Notes under the pieces: model-generated
Told to the model about the DNA's origin: nothing
Database searches by the model: none
Seen by the model: only the letters and a program-made list of their open reading frames with translations
Made by a program: the position numbers and the translations under genes
Source of the DNA: Dicyema japonicum
Lineage: Eukaryota; Animalia; Dicyemida
DNA: 64,000 nucleotides
Reading direction: 5' to 3'
NCBI GenBank assembly: GCA_011109175.1
Contig: RDEW01000054.1
Span: 185,382-249,381, forward strand
Part shown: positions 60,601 through 64,000 of the stretch, piece after piece
Layout: the number at the start of each line of letters is the position of its first letter
Numbering within the stretch: position 1 is the stretch's first letter

Positions 60601-62870
60601 CACGCGATCAAGAAGGTATATGACTGAACTCTTGGGCTCTTCACCAAAAGTACAAGCAGACTATAAAGAATGTGTATCGGATTCAATTAATAATACGGCA
60701 TCGGATCTTTCACCAGGAAAGGCATGGCTCGAAACTATGAGAGGGATCATTTCCGCTGCTGACAAACATTTGGGGGAACTTAAACCCCATAGCAGTCAGC
60801 GTCACCCGGAAGTGTCAGCCCTATTGAATTTGCAGAAGAACTTAAGGCTTAGATCCGAAAATACTGTCGATCCTCAGACTGTTTGCAAACTGAAACAAGA
60901 ACGAAGGCAAATTGAGAGAAAAATCAAACTCCTAAACAGACTACATCACACTAGTCAGTTGGAAAGCAAGATCAGAGAGGTAGAAAACCTTAAAGACAAT
61001 GCTGCGACATTCATGGCTATACGACTAATACGGAGGAAGAGCCAATCAGTGAAACTTATTTTGCATGACAGAAATGGAAAAACAATAGGAAATGTTGCAG
61101 AACAGACAGAGTTCATAGCATCGCATATTGAACAACTGTTCTTTGTAAAAGGAGAAAAATCAGATTTCACGCCTAAGAACACAACACTTGAACGGATCAT
61201 TTCACCGGAGGAGGTTTGCATGGCGATAAGGAAACTTAAATCTGGGCGCTCTCCAGGACCAGATAATATACCATCTGAATTGCTAAAATTTGGCCCTCCA
61301 GAACTTGCAGATAAACTCTCAAAATTGCTGAATGACATGATAGAAAACAAGGACTTTTCAGAAATTGGAAAGGGATACTAGTACCAGTTCAAAAAGGTAA
61401 TAAACCCCCTGGGCCAGTTGAAAACCTGCGCCCTGTCATCCTTCTAAACACCTTAAGGAAGATCCTTGCCCTAATTACTCTTAATCGGATCCAAGAGCCG
61501 GTGGACGGGTACTTGGCCCAGAGCCAGAGTGGTTTTAGGACAGGGAGATCAACGGCTGATGTAGTATGGTGCCATAGATGGCAATGTGCTATTCAACAAA
61601 GATTCCGGAGCTCAAAGACTATCCTTGGAATTGATCTGACCAGAGCTTTCGACACTGTCCGTCGGGGAAAACTCATTGAAGTGCTTGAAAGTTTCCTGGA
61701 TAAGGACTCGGTTATTCTGATACGGATACTCTTATCAAACACGAGGTTACGAGTGCGTATTGGAAAATGTTTGTCACGGGAAATTATTTCAACAGTGGGC
61801 ACACCCCAAGGAGATTCCCTTTCCCCAGTATTGTTTGCTATATACCTTGAATCGGCTCTGCAAGACCTCCGGAAGTATTACAACAATGATATTATGGAGA
61901 TCGTGTATGCCGATGATGTTGACTTTATCTCGACTGACAAAGAAGCACTCTTACGTCTCTTGGAGGTTGCATCAGGCTGTTTGGCCAAATGGTGTCTATC
62001 ACTGAATGTTCAGAAAACGGATATTGTTGAAATTAAGCGGATGGAACTACGCAATAGTGAATGTTGGAGGAAGACCGTAAAGCTTGGCTCTCTTCTCGGA
62101 GACTCCGAAGACATTGCAAGAAGAAAATTGTTATCTACGGTTACTATGCAAAAACTTATGAAATGTTGGATAAGAAAATGCTCGGTCGGGCCATCACTCC
62201 GACTCAGGTTGTATGAGGCGTTCGTGAGGCCCATACTAACATACAACTCTGGGACGTGGGGAATTTCGAAAACGGACGAACAAAACCTTGACTCCTTTCA
62301 CAGAAGGCAACTTCGGTCTCTCTTGGGACTAAAGTGGCCAATGCGTGTAGGGAGTGAAAATTTATATAGAAGATGCGGTTCCGGACCTCTGAGCACCATG
62401 ATCATGAAGGCTCGCTGGAGATTGTTTGGCCATATTCTCAGATTGGAACAAGACACGCCAGCAAACGTCGTCATGGAAGAATACTTCGATACGTCAGGGG
62501 AGAAGTTCAGAGTCGTCCAAGAATAACTCTTCCGGAAGTCCTTAATGGTGACCTGAGATCAGTAACCAGACTACTAAAGGACGGTGAAGACCTTAGTAGT
62601 CTGCGGCACTTGGCATCGGACAGGAGGGGATGGGAAAGGCTAATTAAGAGGATTGTTCAGACGCGGCACGAATAGAATTATAGTTTATATGATTCTATGT
62701 AGTTGCTTATAATAATAATAATACTGGTGGTATGTTTGAGACATCGAATTTCTTTACTCGGGGGGGGGGGGGTATTCCAAGTGTTACTGAATTTCGTCCT
62801 AATTTTTGCAACAAGTAGCTGTCGGTTCCACAGTCTACCTCTAGATATGTTTTGACGACTGTTATAGAGT
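57640..62870 (-). mobile_element. BovB-like RTE LINE (57640-59661 plus 62730-62870), split by the nested RTE
   Basis: Rejoined flanks read VKKFDVSNIPPVYAMEVKHNIGLLDL. RT: GVRQGCLLSP, NNLRYADDTTLLAE. 3' hairpin GTCGGACACGAC and an (ACATA)n-like tail. Confidence 0.88.
59671..62720 (+). mobile_element. Near-intact RTE-clade LINE (APE-RT, 9-bp TSD, (TAA)n tail), two single-G frameshifts
   Basis: TSD ATACTGGTG at 59662-59670 and 62721-62729. ORFs 59708-61381 and 61501-62526 join if one G is restored near 61374 and one near 62512. Confidence 0.95.
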
Positions 62871-62874
62871 TTTT

Positions 62875-63130
62875 TCCAACGCTTGGCGCACAAAATAAGT
62901 TGGACCAATCCGCGCTTTCAAAATTAAAAAAAGTGATTTCTGTCTGATAAATTTATTTTCAGGGTTGATTTTCATCATAATAGGGTTGTGATCACTTCTT
63001 AGTTCATATTTTACAGTCCAGTTGATGAAGGGAAATATTGATGGGGAGCATAAAGAGAGGTCAGGGGATGTAGGTTTGTCTCCTGTTAGTGTAGGTGTTC
63101 TTTGTGTTGATTTGGTGTTTTTAATATACA
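62875..63130 (-). mobile_element. Vingi-like APE C-terminal fragment
   Basis: TSPDLSLCS...SDHNPIMM. Confidence 0.8.
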
Positions 63131-63225
63131 AAATTGTCCCAAATTTCTGTCAGTAGGTTTCCTCTACTTGAATGACAAAGAAGCAAGTATTATATAATCA
63201 AAGATAAACTTTCCGCATTAAAAAA

Positions 63226-63649
63226 ATCCAATGCGCATTTTGATTCCTCAATACACTCTTGCAGAACGGCAAAGCATTTAATATTATTTTTAATACGGAT
63301 GCCTTTCAAAATTTGTTCGCCATAAATACACTCGATAGTGGTTAAGTGTCGGGCTTAAGTGGCTTAGGCTACGGGTTCGAATCTCGCTGCTGTTCACCTG
63401 GTGGAAGGTTCCACATCTACAATGCAGAAAGGGTTTGACGAGTGACGCTGTCATCAGTGGATACTCACTGCGGAACTGGATTGTCTAAAAAGGACACTCA
63501 CACAAGAAAAAGAAAAAAAGAAGTGAAGATCATTCCTTGGTTCTACGATTAGTTAAAATTAACTGTCTTTACTTAAATAAAGTGTGTGTCCTGCCTATGC
63601 GGAGCTATAAATACTATGGCTCTCGTGAAAAGGCTTTATTATTATTATT
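63226..63649 (+). mobile_element. tRNA-derived SINE copy 3 (63337-63649) preceded by ~110 bp of antisense hAT sequence
   Basis: 63226-63336 matches the reverse complement of 35878-35988. It has its own (TTA)n tail. Confidence 0.9.
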
Positions 63650-63669
63650 GAGCTACCTAATCAGGAGTC

Positions 63670-64000
63670 ATGTTTTATTTATTTTTTACTAAAACAAGAA
63701 TCACCGATAAATTGGGAAAGAATACACGGTTGTCAGGTGATCCCAACCTCCTTAAACACCTATTTCACATTCGCTCGGTATTCGTCCAAGATCACGGTGG
63801 GACCCCGTTTGGCGGGAACTTAGTGACAGATTTCATGAAAACGTGCAACTATCCTTCCTCTCAGTCCATTAAGGAAGTTTGCAATCCAAATTTTCACTCT
63901 GTTTGGGATATCTAAAACAAAGATCTTCCTTGTACGTAATTTCCTTGGGATGGAGTCAAAAGCCTTATGTATGTCAATGGAGCATACTAGAGAATTTTAA
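63670..64000 (-). mobile_element. Vingi-like LINE 3' fragment
   Basis: Ends KEVGIT* with stem GGGATCACC/GGTGATTCT. Confidence 0.75.

Noticed and set aside
62759-62773. G-quadruplex or telomere-like poly-G
   Set aside because: It is a single G run inside the BovB-like coding strand complement (Pro codons), probably homopolymer expansion.
63337-63400. Functional tRNA genes at the SINE heads
   Set aside because: The anticodon stem is incomplete, the acceptor stem is poor, and each head is fused to the same 240-bp body and tail.

Overview
Eukaryotic, very AT-rich genomic DNA using the standard genetic code. Nine compact host genes are split by mostly 22-29 nt GT-AG introns: THOC2, SPAG6/PF16, an N-WASP-like gene, a small LIM-domain gene, OTUD5-like, Rab5-like, RAD23, CCDC96 and VPS11. 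They sit as islands in a dense, nested field of transposable elements. Motile-cilium genes, a WH1-CRIB-VCA WASP and ~25-nt introns fit a dicyemid mesozoan best. This is inference only, and an orthonectid or another tiny-intron ciliated animal is not excluded. The dominant repeats are Ingi/Vingi-like APE-RT non-LTR retrotransposons. They show HDV-like ribozyme folds or a second conserved pseudoknot-like leader at the 5' end, a 2A/StopGo motif (GDIEQNPGP) before the endonuclease, and a covarying 3' stem-loop overlapping the terminal G-I-T-stop codons. Also present are RTE and BovB-like LINEs, CRE-like and R4/Dong-like RLE elements, two hAT families, a tRNA-Leu-derived SINE, and a decayed integrase gene carrying four host-style tiny introns (Ginger-like). 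The most interesting pattern is that Vingi-like copies lie 30-260 bp upstream of 7 of 9 genes, always pointing away from the gene. Most recognisable 5' leaders lie just off a gene end, suggesting promoterless, ribozyme-processed elements that use host transcription. All annotation was done by eye. TE boundaries not fixed by a TSD are approximate, and several frameshifts fall in homopolymers and may be assembly errors.
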